A DNA stretch of 64,000 bases from Synergistaceae bacterium (lineage in GTDB: Bacteria; Synergistota; Synergistia; Synergistales; Aminobacteriaceae): assembly GCA_017448375.1 (NCBI GenBank), contig JAFSLR010000313.1, positions 2,873 to 66,872 on the forward strand, read 5' to 3'. Each line of letters opens with the position of its first letter. Positions within the stretch are counted from its first letter, which is position 1. Of the stretch, positions 8,524 through 18,064 are shown in pieces. Position numbers and translations under genes: made by a program. The notes under the pieces are model-generated. The model was not told the DNA's origin. It ran no database searches and saw only the letters and a list, made by a program, of their open reading frames with translations.

Positions 8524-9186
8524 ATGACGACAGTATTTAATCTGACAGATAATGAGATTTCACGTTTAACGGCAAAATTTAGAGAGTTTCAGGATACCCG
8601 CAATGCGCTTCTAATATTTATCATAAATTACATTGCAGATTATCAACAGTCTCATGGCACATCTTCAAATCATCGCAGATATTTGCGGCAGAAATATACT
8701 TGGCAGACACCAAGAATAAATTATTTATTCAACAGCGGGGACGGCTTTTATTGGAGTGTGAGAAACATTGCTATAGTTTTAGGGCGCAACCGTTCATCAA
8801 TCACGAGAACAATGAAAAAAATGAAGACATCTGAAGACTGGAATAATAGACTGTCAGACCTTAGAAGAATAGTAACCTCTGACAATGGCTTGAATATTGT
8901 AGTATTCCATCAGGATATTTTTGAGTTGCTGCTAGATTACTACGAGGAAGAATACTTAATGCGTCTCGCAAAGCCAAGACATGGCAGTGCAGAAAATGCC
9001 CCTGATATAGAGGAATTACGCCGTTTTTGGCATCAACTTAGAGCACAGGAGAATATTCAAAAGAGCTTATTTGCGCCTGGAAGTTTTAGAGCCTGTTTGC
9101 CAGGTTCGCCAGTCAGCTGGCACTATCGTTTCAGGAATATCGTGCGAAAAATTTTTGACTTCATAAAAATTAAATGCACAGGTTAA
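8524..9186 (+). CDS. Hypothetical protein, possible HTH
   Basis: 220-aa ORF, divergent from the operon. The segment VRNIAIVLGRNRSSITRTMKKM looks HTH-like. No family recognised. Confidence 0.4.
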   Translation: MTTVFNLTDNEISRLTAKFREFQDTRNALLIFIINYIADYQQSHGTSSNHRRYLRQKYTWQTPRINYLFNSGDGFYWSVRNIAIVLGRNRSSITRTMKKMKTSEDWNNRLSDLRRIVTSDNGLNIVVFHQDIFELLLDYYEEEYLMRLAKPRHGSAENAPDIEELRRFWHQLRAQENIQKSLFAPGSFRACLPGSPVSWHYRFRNIVRKIFDFIKIKCTG

Positions 9187-9262
9187 TTACGGTAGATGTT
9201 ATAAATTTTTTCTGCAAGAATAAGCACCTAGAAAACATATTCCATAAAGGTTAATTTGAGTC

Positions 9263-10168
9263 ATGAAAAATTATGAGTTCTACGAATTATGCAAAGAAGC
9301 AACTGCAGAGGAAGTTAAGGCCGCCATAAATTCCGGGGCTGACCCGAACGCAAGAGTTAAGTATGGCAGGACTGCTTTAACTGCTGCCTGCAACTGCAAC
9401 ACTTCTGCTGTTGTAAAAGTACTGCTTGAGGCCGGAGCCGATCCAAACGCAACAGAATTTGAAGGCTGGACAGCGTTAATGTCGGTAGTTGATAAAGACG
9501 AGGTTGAACTCAAAACCGTTAAACTGCTAATAGATGCCGGAGCTGACGTAAATGCAAAAAATGATTTCGGTACTACGCCTTTACTGCGTGCTGTATGCTG
9601 GAACAACCGACCCGATATTGTCAAAGTTTTACTTGAGGCTGGAGCTGATATGTATGCTTTTGGGGCCATAGGCTTTGATGATTTTGAATACGGCTCTACA
9701 ACGCCTGTACAAGCATCCATTGCTAAATGGGATAACACGATCATCAAAATTTTTCTCGATGCTGGAGTAGACGTAAACAGAAGATATGGAGGCGGCCAAA
9801 CTCTTCTCATTGAGGCAGCAGGCATGTATAAAAGTGCTGACACCGTCAGGTTTCTGCTTGATGCCGGCGCTGATGTCAATATGAGGCGTTACGATGATTT
9901 CACAGCATTGCTAGCGGCTGCAGAATGTTATACATCACCTGATGCTGAAGACACTATAAAAATGTTATTAGATGCTGGAGCTGACCCCAATGTCAGATAT
10001 AACGGCCTGTATGCTCTTGATTATGCCCGTAGAAATGAAGCACTTAAAGGTACTGAGGCATTGAGACGTCTTGAAGCTGTCACAGAAATTCTCCCAGACA
10101 TCCAGAAAAAGGTGTCTCAGTTGAAGAGTTTGAGCGTATTCTGGAGTACGGTTCACTTGGCAGAGTAA
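9263..10168 (+). CDS. Ankyrin-repeat protein, 5' part of a split gene
   Basis: Repeated G.TALM.A...G....VK.LL.AGADVNA units. Ends in the module linker LDYARRNEALKGTEALRRLEAVTE. Confidence 0.8.
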   Translation: MKNYEFYELCKEATAEEVKAAINSGADPNARVKYGRTALTAACNCNTSAVVKVLLEAGADPNATEFEGWTALMSVVDKDEVELKTVKLLIDAGADVNAKNDFGTTPLLRAVCWNNRPDIVKVLLEAGADMYAFGAIGFDDFEYGSTTPVQASIAKWDNTIIKIFLDAGVDVNRRYGGGQTLLIEAAGMYKSADTVRFLLDAGADVNMRRYDDFTALLAAAECYTSPDAEDTIKMLLDAGADPNVRYNGLYALDYARRNEALKGTEALRRLEAVTEILPDIQKKVSQLKSLSVFWSTVHLAE

Positions 10169-10230
10169 AAGAAGCTATAGAAGCTGGCGCTGATCTTCAT
10201 GCTGCGGATAAACCATATGGCGAAACTCCT

Positions 10231-11946
10231 ATGATCTTCACATTACGAAGACGGCCGGAGCCTGAACTGATAAAACTCTTATTGGATTCAGGTATTGATG
10301 TTAATGAAACAGGAGAGAAAGGCAGCCTATACGAAGGTGTAACATTTTTAATGGTTGCGCTTACTATGCCTCAAAATACGTACTTTAAGGAAAGCCCCTA
10401 TGAGGTTATAAAGTTGCTAATTGATTATGGAGCTGACGTAAACACAAAAAATCCCAACGGAGCGACTACCTTAATGATAGCTGCATATAATCGTGATCTG
10501 GAAGTTTTGAAACTGTTGATAGCTTCCGGAGCGGAAATTAACGCTAAGAATAATGAGGGATATACTGCTTTAATGGCCGCAGCTTATAGAGGCGATTATG
10601 AGAGCGTGAAGTTCTTTTTGAGCTTGGGAGCTGATGTTTCAGCGAAAGATATTACAGGAAGGACTGCACTAATTGAAGTAATGAATAACCTCAATTATAT
10701 TTCAATACTTGATGGCATAAAAACTATTAGACTTTTAATCTCATCAGGAGCTGAGGTGAACTTAAAAGCACTTGATGAGGGCATATGGACCAGCGGGAAT
10801 GGAGAATGCTATAGAACCCCTCTAATGATGGCAGTAAATTACAACAAAACTTTCTACGATGCTATGGAAGAAGTGTGCCCATTGCCGGAGATAGTTGAAT
10901 TTCTGTTAAATGCCGACGCAAAAATCAATGAAGTAGACAGCGAAGGTAATACAGCATTAATGCTTGCGGTACAAGTGAATAATCCAGATTGCAAAGTGAT
11001 TGAAACGCTCTTGGACGCTGGTGCTGATGTTAATGTTGAATGTAATGGGTTAAGGGCTGTAGATTATGCAAGAAGAAACCCTAAGCTAGTCGGCACCGAG
11101 ATATTCAAGAGACTTGAGAGCATGACCAAACCCTTGAGCTATAAGCGTCATGCAAATGCCTCTGAAATGCTAGAGTTTATCTATAAAAATCTAGCAGACG
11201 AGCTAAAAGCCGTCATAGCTGATGGTGCAAATGTCAACGAAAGGGAAAAAGAAGGTGGCTGGACAATATTGATGAGCGCTGTACACTCAGAAGAAGTTGA
11301 TCTTGAGATTATAAAAATTCTTCTTGAGTCTGGTGCTGAAATAAATGCAATAGATGAATTTCATGAAACAGCCCTGAAAAAAGCGGTCTATAACCAATAT
11401 AATGAAAAAAGTCTTGACGTCATCAAGCTCTTAATTGATGCAGGAGCGGACATAAATGCAGCAAATGATGAAGGCTGGACACCTCTGATGGAAGCAGCAT
11501 ATCACAACAATCCTGACATTGTGAAACTGCTTGTTGATTGCGGTGCAGACGTAAATATTGAGCGCAAGGGGTTACGAGCCATTGATTATGCTTACGGTAA
11601 CAAGTTAATGGCAAACACACAGGCGCTCAAAAAACTTGAAGCAATGACTGCTCGTAGAGATAATCACCGTAAAATTACGGACGACGAGTTTGTGGAAATC
11701 TGTGAAATAGGTTCGTTGCAACAGATAGAAAAAGCACTAAAAGCCGGAGCTAATGCTGATGCTAGAGACAGTATGGGAGCTACAATGCTTATGAACGCAG
11801 TCAGCGATCATGATAGCCCTAACCCTGAACTTATAAAACTGCTTTTAAATTATGGTGCTGATGTAAACGCAAGAGATTATAACAGATCAGTGCTAATGCA
11901 AGCGGTTCATCATGCTTCGATTCAAGAAAAACGGCATATTTCCTAA
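10231..11946 (+). CDS. Ankyrin-repeat protein, 3' part of a split gene (frame open from 10075)
   Basis: 571-aa ORF of ANK repeats. Upstream of its first Met the same frame reads GVSVEEFERILEYGSLGRVKEAIEAGADLHAADKPYGETP, which continues the module pattern of the preceding ORF. Confidence 0.8.
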   Translation: MIFTLRRRPEPELIKLLLDSGIDVNETGEKGSLYEGVTFLMVALTMPQNTYFKESPYEVIKLLIDYGADVNTKNPNGATTLMIAAYNRDLEVLKLLIASGAEINAKNNEGYTALMAAAYRGDYESVKFFLSLGADVSAKDITGRTALIEVMNNLNYISILDGIKTIRLLISSGAEVNLKALDEGIWTSGNGECYRTPLMMAVNYNKTFYDAMEEVCPLPEIVEFLLNADAKINEVDSEGNTALMLAVQVNNPDCKVIETLLDAGADVNVECNGLRAVDYARRNPKLVGTEIFKRLESMTKPLSYKRHANASEMLEFIYKNLADELKAVIADGANVNEREKEGGWTILMSAVHSEEVDLEIIKILLESGAEINAIDEFHETALKKAVYNQYNEKSLDVIKLLIDAGADINAANDEGWTPLMEAAYHNNPDIVKLLVDCGADVNIERKGLRAIDYAYGNKLMANTQALKKLEAMTARRDNHRKITDDEFVEICEIGSLQQIEKALKAGANADARDSMGATMLMNAVSDHDSPNPELIKLLLNYGADVNARDYNRSVLMQAVHHASIQEKRHIS

Positions 11947-12559
11947 AATTACAGAATCGGGGTGTTCTTGTTTTAATATGACGATTCCCACACACAAGAA
12001 TATTCACGCAAGGATACCCATTAAAAAAGTTATGGCCGGCAGGTTTGCACTGTCGGCCGGTCTGTAGTAAAATTCTTGTTAGCTAAAAAATTCGATGGGA
12101 GTAGTATAACATGTTAGTAAAACTTTTCAAAGTATTTTCAGATCAGAGACACACAGTTCCAAACTTGGTTCATAGCTCATTTAGAGCAAACAACAGGGTT
12201 CGTCTTATTAAGCCCTAATAAAAATATTGCTCCTATATCCTCACCCTAGGAAAGTTGACGGATAAAAAGGAGCTTAAGTTGCGGGCACTCTAAGGAGCGG
12301 AGTGACTTTTCATATTCTAACACATTTTAGAAATATGAAAAGCCCACGCTAAGAGAAAGTCTCCCAAAAGAAAGTCTCTCACCCCCTTTAAGAAAAGAGT
12401 TCCCGCAATACTAACCTTGAAAATTGAGTCCCTCAGAGGGATTTATAAGTAACCTAGAAGTAAGTAACCTTAAATAAGGAGGCAACAAACCTATGCAACA
12501 ACACAAAGAAACGCAACTACCCCAAGCAATGCGGAAACACCAAAAGGGAGTGATGGGAA

Positions 12560-14857
12560 ATGGCAATAACCTTTCGTATTCTTGATGAAGCCGTCGCGGC
12601 AGACCGAAATTTGCCTGGACCGGCGTTGAGGCTTTACATACTCATGCTCAATCTTGTCAACGTCAAAACGCGTGAGGGAGCGCTCTACATTAGCCAAATC
12701 GCAAAAGAGTACAATCGGTCAGAGCGTACAGTTCAGAGGTGGCTCGCTTTCCTAGCCAACGAGAATCTCATTGAGCGGCATTTCAGAAAAAGCAGGAGTA
12801 ACCCCCGCTGGAATGAAAAGAGCACGTTCGTAGTTCGCGGCAATGACGCGAAAAGATATGCGGATACTAGGTTTGCGGAGTTGAGCCGTCAAAAAGTGTC
12901 ACCAGGTGGTGACACTCAGCGTCACCCAGGAATTTTGAGTAGGGATTCTAAGGATATAGAAGATACTCTAAGGAGGGAAAATAAAGACCTACCTGAAGAG
13001 TATGCTATTGAAGAAGCCCAACCGTATGGTGAAGAACCCACAACAAAGACTCTGTCGAAGAACGAAGCCGATCAGCAAGAACTGATTCAAGCCGTCCCAG
13101 AGATCATGCGCACGACTGCTGAGTATCTTCTGCTCAAGACCGGCAGGACTTCTCTGAAACCGAAAGAAGTCAAGGCTCTCATTGAGCTCTCCCAGAACCA
13201 CACCCCTGCCCGTGTTCAGAAAGAGATAGACATATGTGTTGAGCGTTTCCGGCAGAATGGCAGAAAGCTGAACGGCCTGTATGCCGGATACATAGCCACC
13301 TGTCTGCGCGATCAGAAAAGCTGCACCACTGCTAGTAAGAGCACACCTGCTCGAAAGAACGACAAGGACAGGAACAAGGAAGCCCCAAATTCAGCACCTA
13401 CCGACGCTCTAGTGCAGTTCTCTATTACAGAGCGAGTTTTATCTCACGGGGAAGCTGAGAGTATCATTTCGGGTTATAAGCCTACAATGAAAGACTCAGA
13501 CAGCTTCCCAACTGCGCTGAGAGAATTATACAGGAAAATAACTCCTGAAATGACTCTTGAAGAATATCTGCGGTTGCGACATCCGGAAGCCACGGAAGCT
13601 GAGCTGGACACCAGCAGGGTCTCAGACTGGCGCGGGCTTCAGAAGGCGTTTGAAATGGATCAGACTTGCGCAAGCTGTGATAACCCTGACAACTGTCCAT
13701 TCAACCGAAAGAATGGTCGGCCAGTGACAATGGTGAAGTATCATAGGCTTGAAGTGGGCTATACTCTGCAGACCCGTTGCAAGCATGACAGAGGAAGGCC
13801 TGATCCGGAGTTCGAAGACAGAGTAAAGCGTAGCGGGCTATCAGCGTCCCAGGTGAAGCAGACATTCGAAGGCTATGACCACAATGGAATGCCGGCTGAG
13901 GTTGTGTCGGCAAAGGCGAAGGCGATAATGGCGGCAAAGAACCACACTTCACTGATATTATCCGGAAAACCAGGCACAGGGAAGACGCATCTAGCTGTTG
14001 CGATAGCTCTTGAAGCAATGCGTGGGGGGAAACAGGCGTTGTTCCGCACAGTGCCAGAGCTGATCGCTGAACTGAGGCAGGCTGACTGGGATCATGCGGA
14101 CTTCTTCGGTTTGCGGCAGAAGTTTAGGGACGTACCATGCCTGGTTCTTGATGACTGGGGTAAAGAGAAGGCGACTGAGAAAGGGATGGAGTATCTGTAC
14201 CAGATCATTGACTATCGATACCGGAAGGGGCTTCAAACTGTGATAACGACGAACGGGCTGAAAGGGGACGTAGAGCCGCTCGTATCGAGGATACTGGAGA
14301 ATGGCGAATGGGTATCGCTTCAGAATGCTGAGAATCATAGACTGAAGAAGGCTGAGAAAGTACCAGAGCCTGAAGCGAGCTTGCAAAAATCTGAAGTAAA
14401 TGCATCAGAGCTTGAATCAGCCACGCCGGAGAATGAAGCGACAGTACCGGCGGAAGAACTAGCCCCCGAACCTGAAGCGGCCGAGCCTGAAGTGCCCATT
14501 CCTGAAGCGGCTGAACCTGAGCAAAACATGTTACCTGAATACGACAGCCCCGCCGTGGAAGACGACGGATTCAGAAGCATTGGGGCGGTGCTGGGGGGAG
14601 AGAAGCCGAGAAGCGGCATATATAAGTATTTCCCCAACTATGACAGACTGGATGACTATGACAAGAAGCAGGTAGCCCTTTGGTGCATGCAGAATTATGA
14701 GCGTCTTGAAGCGGAAGAAGCGGGCGAAGCTACGAAAGTTCAACAGACGAAGCCTGAACATGATCCTGCATACGACGACGAGGATTTATGGAAGGAGGAC
14801 GAGGACGAGTATAGGCTTCCTGGAGACGACTTGTATAGGCCGGCTGTGGATCAGTGA
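12560..14857 (+). CDS. Replication initiator-like protein: N-terminal wHTH + DnaC/IstB-like AAA+ loader module + acidic PE-rich tail
   Basis: N-terminal ISQIAKEYNRSERTVQRWLAFLANENLIER. Walker A LSGKPGTGKTHLAVA, Walker B LVLDDWG and VITTN. Sits upstream of parAB. Confidence 0.75.
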   Translation: MAITFRILDEAVAADRNLPGPALRLYILMLNLVNVKTREGALYISQIAKEYNRSERTVQRWLAFLANENLIERHFRKSRSNPRWNEKSTFVVRGNDAKRYADTRFAELSRQKVSPGGDTQRHPGILSRDSKDIEDTLRRENKDLPEEYAIEEAQPYGEEPTTKTLSKNEADQQELIQAVPEIMRTTAEYLLLKTGRTSLKPKEVKALIELSQNHTPARVQKEIDICVERFRQNGRKLNGLYAGYIATCLRDQKSCTTASKSTPARKNDKDRNKEAPNSAPTDALVQFSITERVLSHGEAESIISGYKPTMKDSDSFPTALRELYRKITPEMTLEEYLRLRHPEATEAELDTSRVSDWRGLQKAFEMDQTCASCDNPDNCPFNRKNGRPVTMVKYHRLEVGYTLQTRCKHDRGRPDPEFEDRVKRSGLSASQVKQTFEGYDHNGMPAEVVSAKAKAIMAAKNHTSLILSGKPGTGKTHLAVAIALEAMRGGKQALFRTVPELIAELRQADWDHADFFGLRQKFRDVPCLVLDDWGKEKATEKGMEYLYQIIDYRYRKGLQTVITTNGLKGDVEPLVSRILENGEWVSLQNAENHRLKKAEKVPEPEASLQKSEVNASELESATPENEATVPAEELAPEPEAAEPEVPIPEAAEPEQNMLPEYDSPAVEDDGFRSIGAVLGGEKPRSGIYKYFPNYDRLDDYDKKQVALWCMQNYERLEAEEAGEATKVQQTKPEHDPAYDDEDLWKEDEDEYRLPGDDLYRPAVDQ

Positions 14858-15094
14858 AAGACTGATAGTTAGGCTTTGGCTGTAGTTAGAGACCCAATAA
14901 TGTGGGCTTATCTTTTTGTGTTGTCAGAAGGCCTGTACTAGAATATAAGTTAATTATTATATTGATAAATTATAGACTATAGTTATATTGTAAAAGATAT
15001 ATTACTATGTAAACTTCTGGACATTGGTGTCTAAAAGTGGTGTTTTGTTTTGCCCTATAAAAATGTATAATACCCAAAAAGGAAGGAACAAAGG

Positions 15095-15883
15095 ATGAAA
15101 ACGATAGCAGTATCAAACCAAAAAGGCGGAGTGGGAAAGACGACGACGGCGATAAATCTCGGAGCGGCATTGGCCAAGCTAGGCAAAAAGGTCTGCCTGA
15201 TTGATGCTGACCCGCAAGGAGACTTAACGCTAGGTTTAGGGTTCGGGAAATCCCATCGAATAACGCTCAAGAACAAATTGGAAGATGTGATTCTTGGAAT
15301 TGAGAGCGATCCTCATGATGCAATCTTGCACCATGCGGAACGTCTTGACCTGATCCCATCGAACAAGTTACTATCCGGTCTTGATATGTCCCTTATCACA
15401 GTAGAGGATCGAGAACTTGTTCTGAGGAAGTACATATCACAGCTTACCGGAGAATATGACTATATTCTCATTGACTGTATGCCCTCACTTGGAATGCTGA
15501 CGCTGAACGCACTTGTGGCCGCCAATAGTGTGCTGATACCAGTGCAGCCACAATACTATGCGGCCGATGGGCTGACTGAACTGATGCGGGTAATCCAGTC
15601 AATGAAAAAACGATATAACCCTTCATTGGAAATTGAAGGAATATTGTTTACATTGGACAATGCGCGTTACTCAAATGCTCGTCGTATCAAGGAAAAGATA
15701 ACACTGCTGTACGGTTCACATGTGAAGATATTCGATGTGTCAATACCGCGGTTAGAGCAGCTTTCGGAAATATCCTCAGAGGGAGTGAGCATATTTTCAT
15801 ATGATCCACGAGGGAACGGGGCTATGAGCTACAAAAAGTTAGCGGAAGAAGTGGATGCAGGGACGGAGGATACAAATGCTTAA
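15095..15883 (+). CDS. parA: ParA/Soj-family partition ATPase
   Basis: Deviant Walker A NQKGGVGKTTT, DADPQGD and ILIDCMPSLG. Confidence 0.9.
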   Translation: MKTIAVSNQKGGVGKTTTAINLGAALAKLGKKVCLIDADPQGDLTLGLGFGKSHRITLKNKLEDVILGIESDPHDAILHHAERLDLIPSNKLLSGLDMSLITVEDRELVLRKYISQLTGEYDYILIDCMPSLGMLTLNALVAANSVLIPVQPQYYAADGLTELMRVIQSMKKRYNPSLEIEGILFTLDNARYSNARRIKEKITLLYGSHVKIFDVSIPRLEQLSEISSEGVSIFSYDPRGNGAMSYKKLAEEVDAGTEDTNA

Positions 15884-16736
15884 GAAAGAAATTAACTTAA
15901 TGTCGTATGAGGATATACTGGGAGAAACAGGTCAGATAAAAGAAATCCCGCTGACGGAGCTTCATGAGTTCACAAAGCACCCGTATCAAGTCCGAGAAGA
16001 CAAGGAATTTGAAGAGCTTGTGCAGAGCATAAAGGAACATGGGATACTAACACCAGGGGTAGCGAGAGAAAGAGCAGAAGGCGGCTATGAGCTGATAAGC
16101 GGACACAGACGGAAGAGAGCCTGCGAGAAACTTGGGTTGAAGGCGATGTCAGTGATAGTCAAGGAGTTATCAGATGATGAAGCAGCAATTCTGGTAGTGG
16201 ATTCGAACGTTCAGAGGCGTAAGGTTTTTACGAGTGAAAAAGCGAAAGCATACGCACTGAAGTATGAAGCGATGCGGCATCAGGGAAAAATTGGCGGCTC
16301 AAGTCTTGAAGCGATGGGCGAGTTATTGGGAGAGAATGCCAAAAAGATACAGCGGTACATATGGCTATCTCGTTTGAAGGACGAACTGCTGGAGAAGGTA
16401 GATGCCAGACAGATACCGTTTGTGGCCGGAGTAGAGCTTTCATTCCTGAGTCCAGGACAGCAGGAAATAGTGATAGGAGCGATCGACAAAACCGGATGTG
16501 GAAGAATTGATAGGCAGAAAGCACTTAAACTGAAAGATGCGGCGAACAAGAATGTATTGGACGAGAAGACAGCAGAAGAGATATTGCTGGTTAAGACAAC
16601 GGTTGTGAGAGACATATCACTGGATACCAAGAAGCTGGAAGGGTATTTCGGAGAAGGCTTCAATCAAGGAAAGGCTGTAGAACTGATATTCGAGCTTCTG
16701 GACAAGTGGAAAGAGGAAGCGGGGAATAGAAGTTGA
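15876..16736 (+). CDS. parB: ParB/Spo0J-family partition protein
   Basis: ORF track 15855..16736. ISGHRRKRA (ParB box) and an HTH region. ATG 15876 is preceded by GGAGGA (15865-15870) and overlaps the parA stop. Confidence 0.85.
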   Translation: MLKKEINLMSYEDILGETGQIKEIPLTELHEFTKHPYQVREDKEFEELVQSIKEHGILTPGVARERAEGGYELISGHRRKRACEKLGLKAMSVIVKELSDDEAAILVVDSNVQRRKVFTSEKAKAYALKYEAMRHQGKIGGSSLEAMGELLGENAKKIQRYIWLSRLKDELLEKVDARQIPFVAGVELSFLSPGQQEIVIGAIDKTGCGRIDRQKALKLKDAANKNVLDEKTAEEILLVKTTVVRDISLDTKKLEGYFGEGFNQGKAVELIFELLDKWKEEAGNRS

Positions 16737-16840
16737 AGGCTAATATGTCCTTGTGTGGCCTGATTTTATATTCTGGTTGGCCTGTTTAGAGGGCTATATG
16801 CTGATGGCGAGCCGATGGCGATGGTAAAATCACCACCACC

Positions 16841-17965
16841 GTGACGGTGACAATAGAAGAACTTGTCAGACGCGGATTCCTAGCGAGCCTGACTTCAACA
16901 TTCACAGAGACACAGATGAACGTTGAAGGTATCAAGAAGGTTCAGGGAGATTTTGAGAAGCAGGAACTGGAATCCCGAGTGAACAGCTCAGAAGTGAACG
17001 CCAAGGTTGTTGCCGAGACAATCCTGCGCGCTGAAGACAGGACAGCGTGGTTGATCTTCTGTGTGAGCGTCTCACATGCAGAAGCGATGCGGGAAGAGTT
17101 TCGTGAGCAGGGAGTGGTTGCTGAAGCAATAACGAGCAGGACCAGCTCATCAGAACGAGAACGCATCTTCAATGACTTCAAGGCCGGAAAGATCAGAGCG
17201 CTGACGAACGTGGGAGTGGCGACAACCGGCTTCGATTATCCAGATATTGATGTCATCGTAATGGCCAGACCGACGCTTTCCCCAGGACTTTATGTTCAGA
17301 TGAGCGGGCGCGGAATGTGGGTGAAAAGTCCAGGCCATCACAAGGATTGCCTTGTTCTCGACTTCGCCGGAAATATTGCTCGTCACGGAGCGGTGACGAA
17401 GATCATTCCACCTCGCCGGACAGTGAAAGCCAGCCGAAGAACACAGGAACTGAGCGAAATGTTCAAGCTCTGCCCTAAGTGCCACGGCACCGTCATGAAG
17501 CGATCGCGAGAGTGCGTTCATTGTGGACATATCTTCACAGAACTTTCAGAGCTGAGCACGTCAGCAGATATTATGGGTATTGAAAGTTCAGGGACTGTGG
17601 GTACAGGATTTCAGCGAATGAAGGTAGCTTCATGGTATTGGAAGGTAGCGTTCCGGAAGAAGGATAACATGCCGATAGTGAGAGCGGACTTCTACGGAGA
17701 AGACAAGTTGCAGGGGCCGAAGCAGTTGTTCCTCTACATAATGCAGGAAGACAGTGCAAGGGAACGAGCCTATAGGCAGATAAAGCGCCTATTGCAAGGA
17801 ACATTTTTGCCCGAGCTTGAGAAGATGCTTGACATCAAGATACTCCAAGACTTATGCAGAGCGGCAAGGGAGAATTATGCACCGCCGTCATGGATAGAGT
17901 ATAAGGAAGAAATACGAGACGGCGGAAGGATATATTTCACGATAAGCAAGTGGGGATTTGAGTAG
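16841..17965 (+). pseudogene. SF2 (DEAD/DEAH-like) helicase, C-terminal RecA2 half + zinc ribbon only; 5'-truncated
   Basis: Carries helicase motifs IV-VI (LIFCVSVSHAE, TNVGVATTGFDYPDID, QMSGRGMW) and CPKCHG..CVHCGH. The Walker A/DEAD half is missing. The frame is open only from 16805 with no proper start. Confidence 0.65.
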
Positions 17966-18064
17966 TTTCTTATGCCGAATAGCACTGACGCAACAAGAAC
18001 TGCATCAGCATAATTGTGGGTATTACGAGAGCAGTCTATTAAAACCGCCAGTTCTGAATAGTGG

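Noticed and set aside
9280-9879. 199-aa antisense ORF inside the ankyrin gene. Similar long antisense or alternate-frame ORFs occur at 38346..39032, 13991..14386, 14335..14637, 16280..16663 and 7996..8424.
   Set aside because: All overlap strongly supported genes. Their products are low-complexity (Ser/Ala/Pro/Leu-rich) mirror images of repeat or biased coding sequence. None has an RBS or a recognisable domain.
4676-10112. Programmed -1 ribosomal frameshifting shared by the ATPase (GTA_AAG_G) and ankyrin (G_AAA_AAG_G) genes
   Set aside because: Both junctions are compatible with Lys-tRNA slippage, but neither is a full X_XXY_YYZ heptamer in frame and I see no obvious downstream stimulatory structure. 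Two further genes in the window have plain frame changes. A mutation or assembly indel is the simpler explanation. Kept only as a low-probability alternative in the findings.
12036-12062. Hairpin after the ankyrin gene as a terminator
   Set aside because: It is only a 7-bp stem including a G-U pair and has no following T-run.
14858-15094. parS/centromere site or a defined parA promoter
   Set aside because: No TGTTNCACGTGAAACA-like palindrome is present. A TATAAT (15066-15071) exists but has no acceptably spaced -35, so no call was made.
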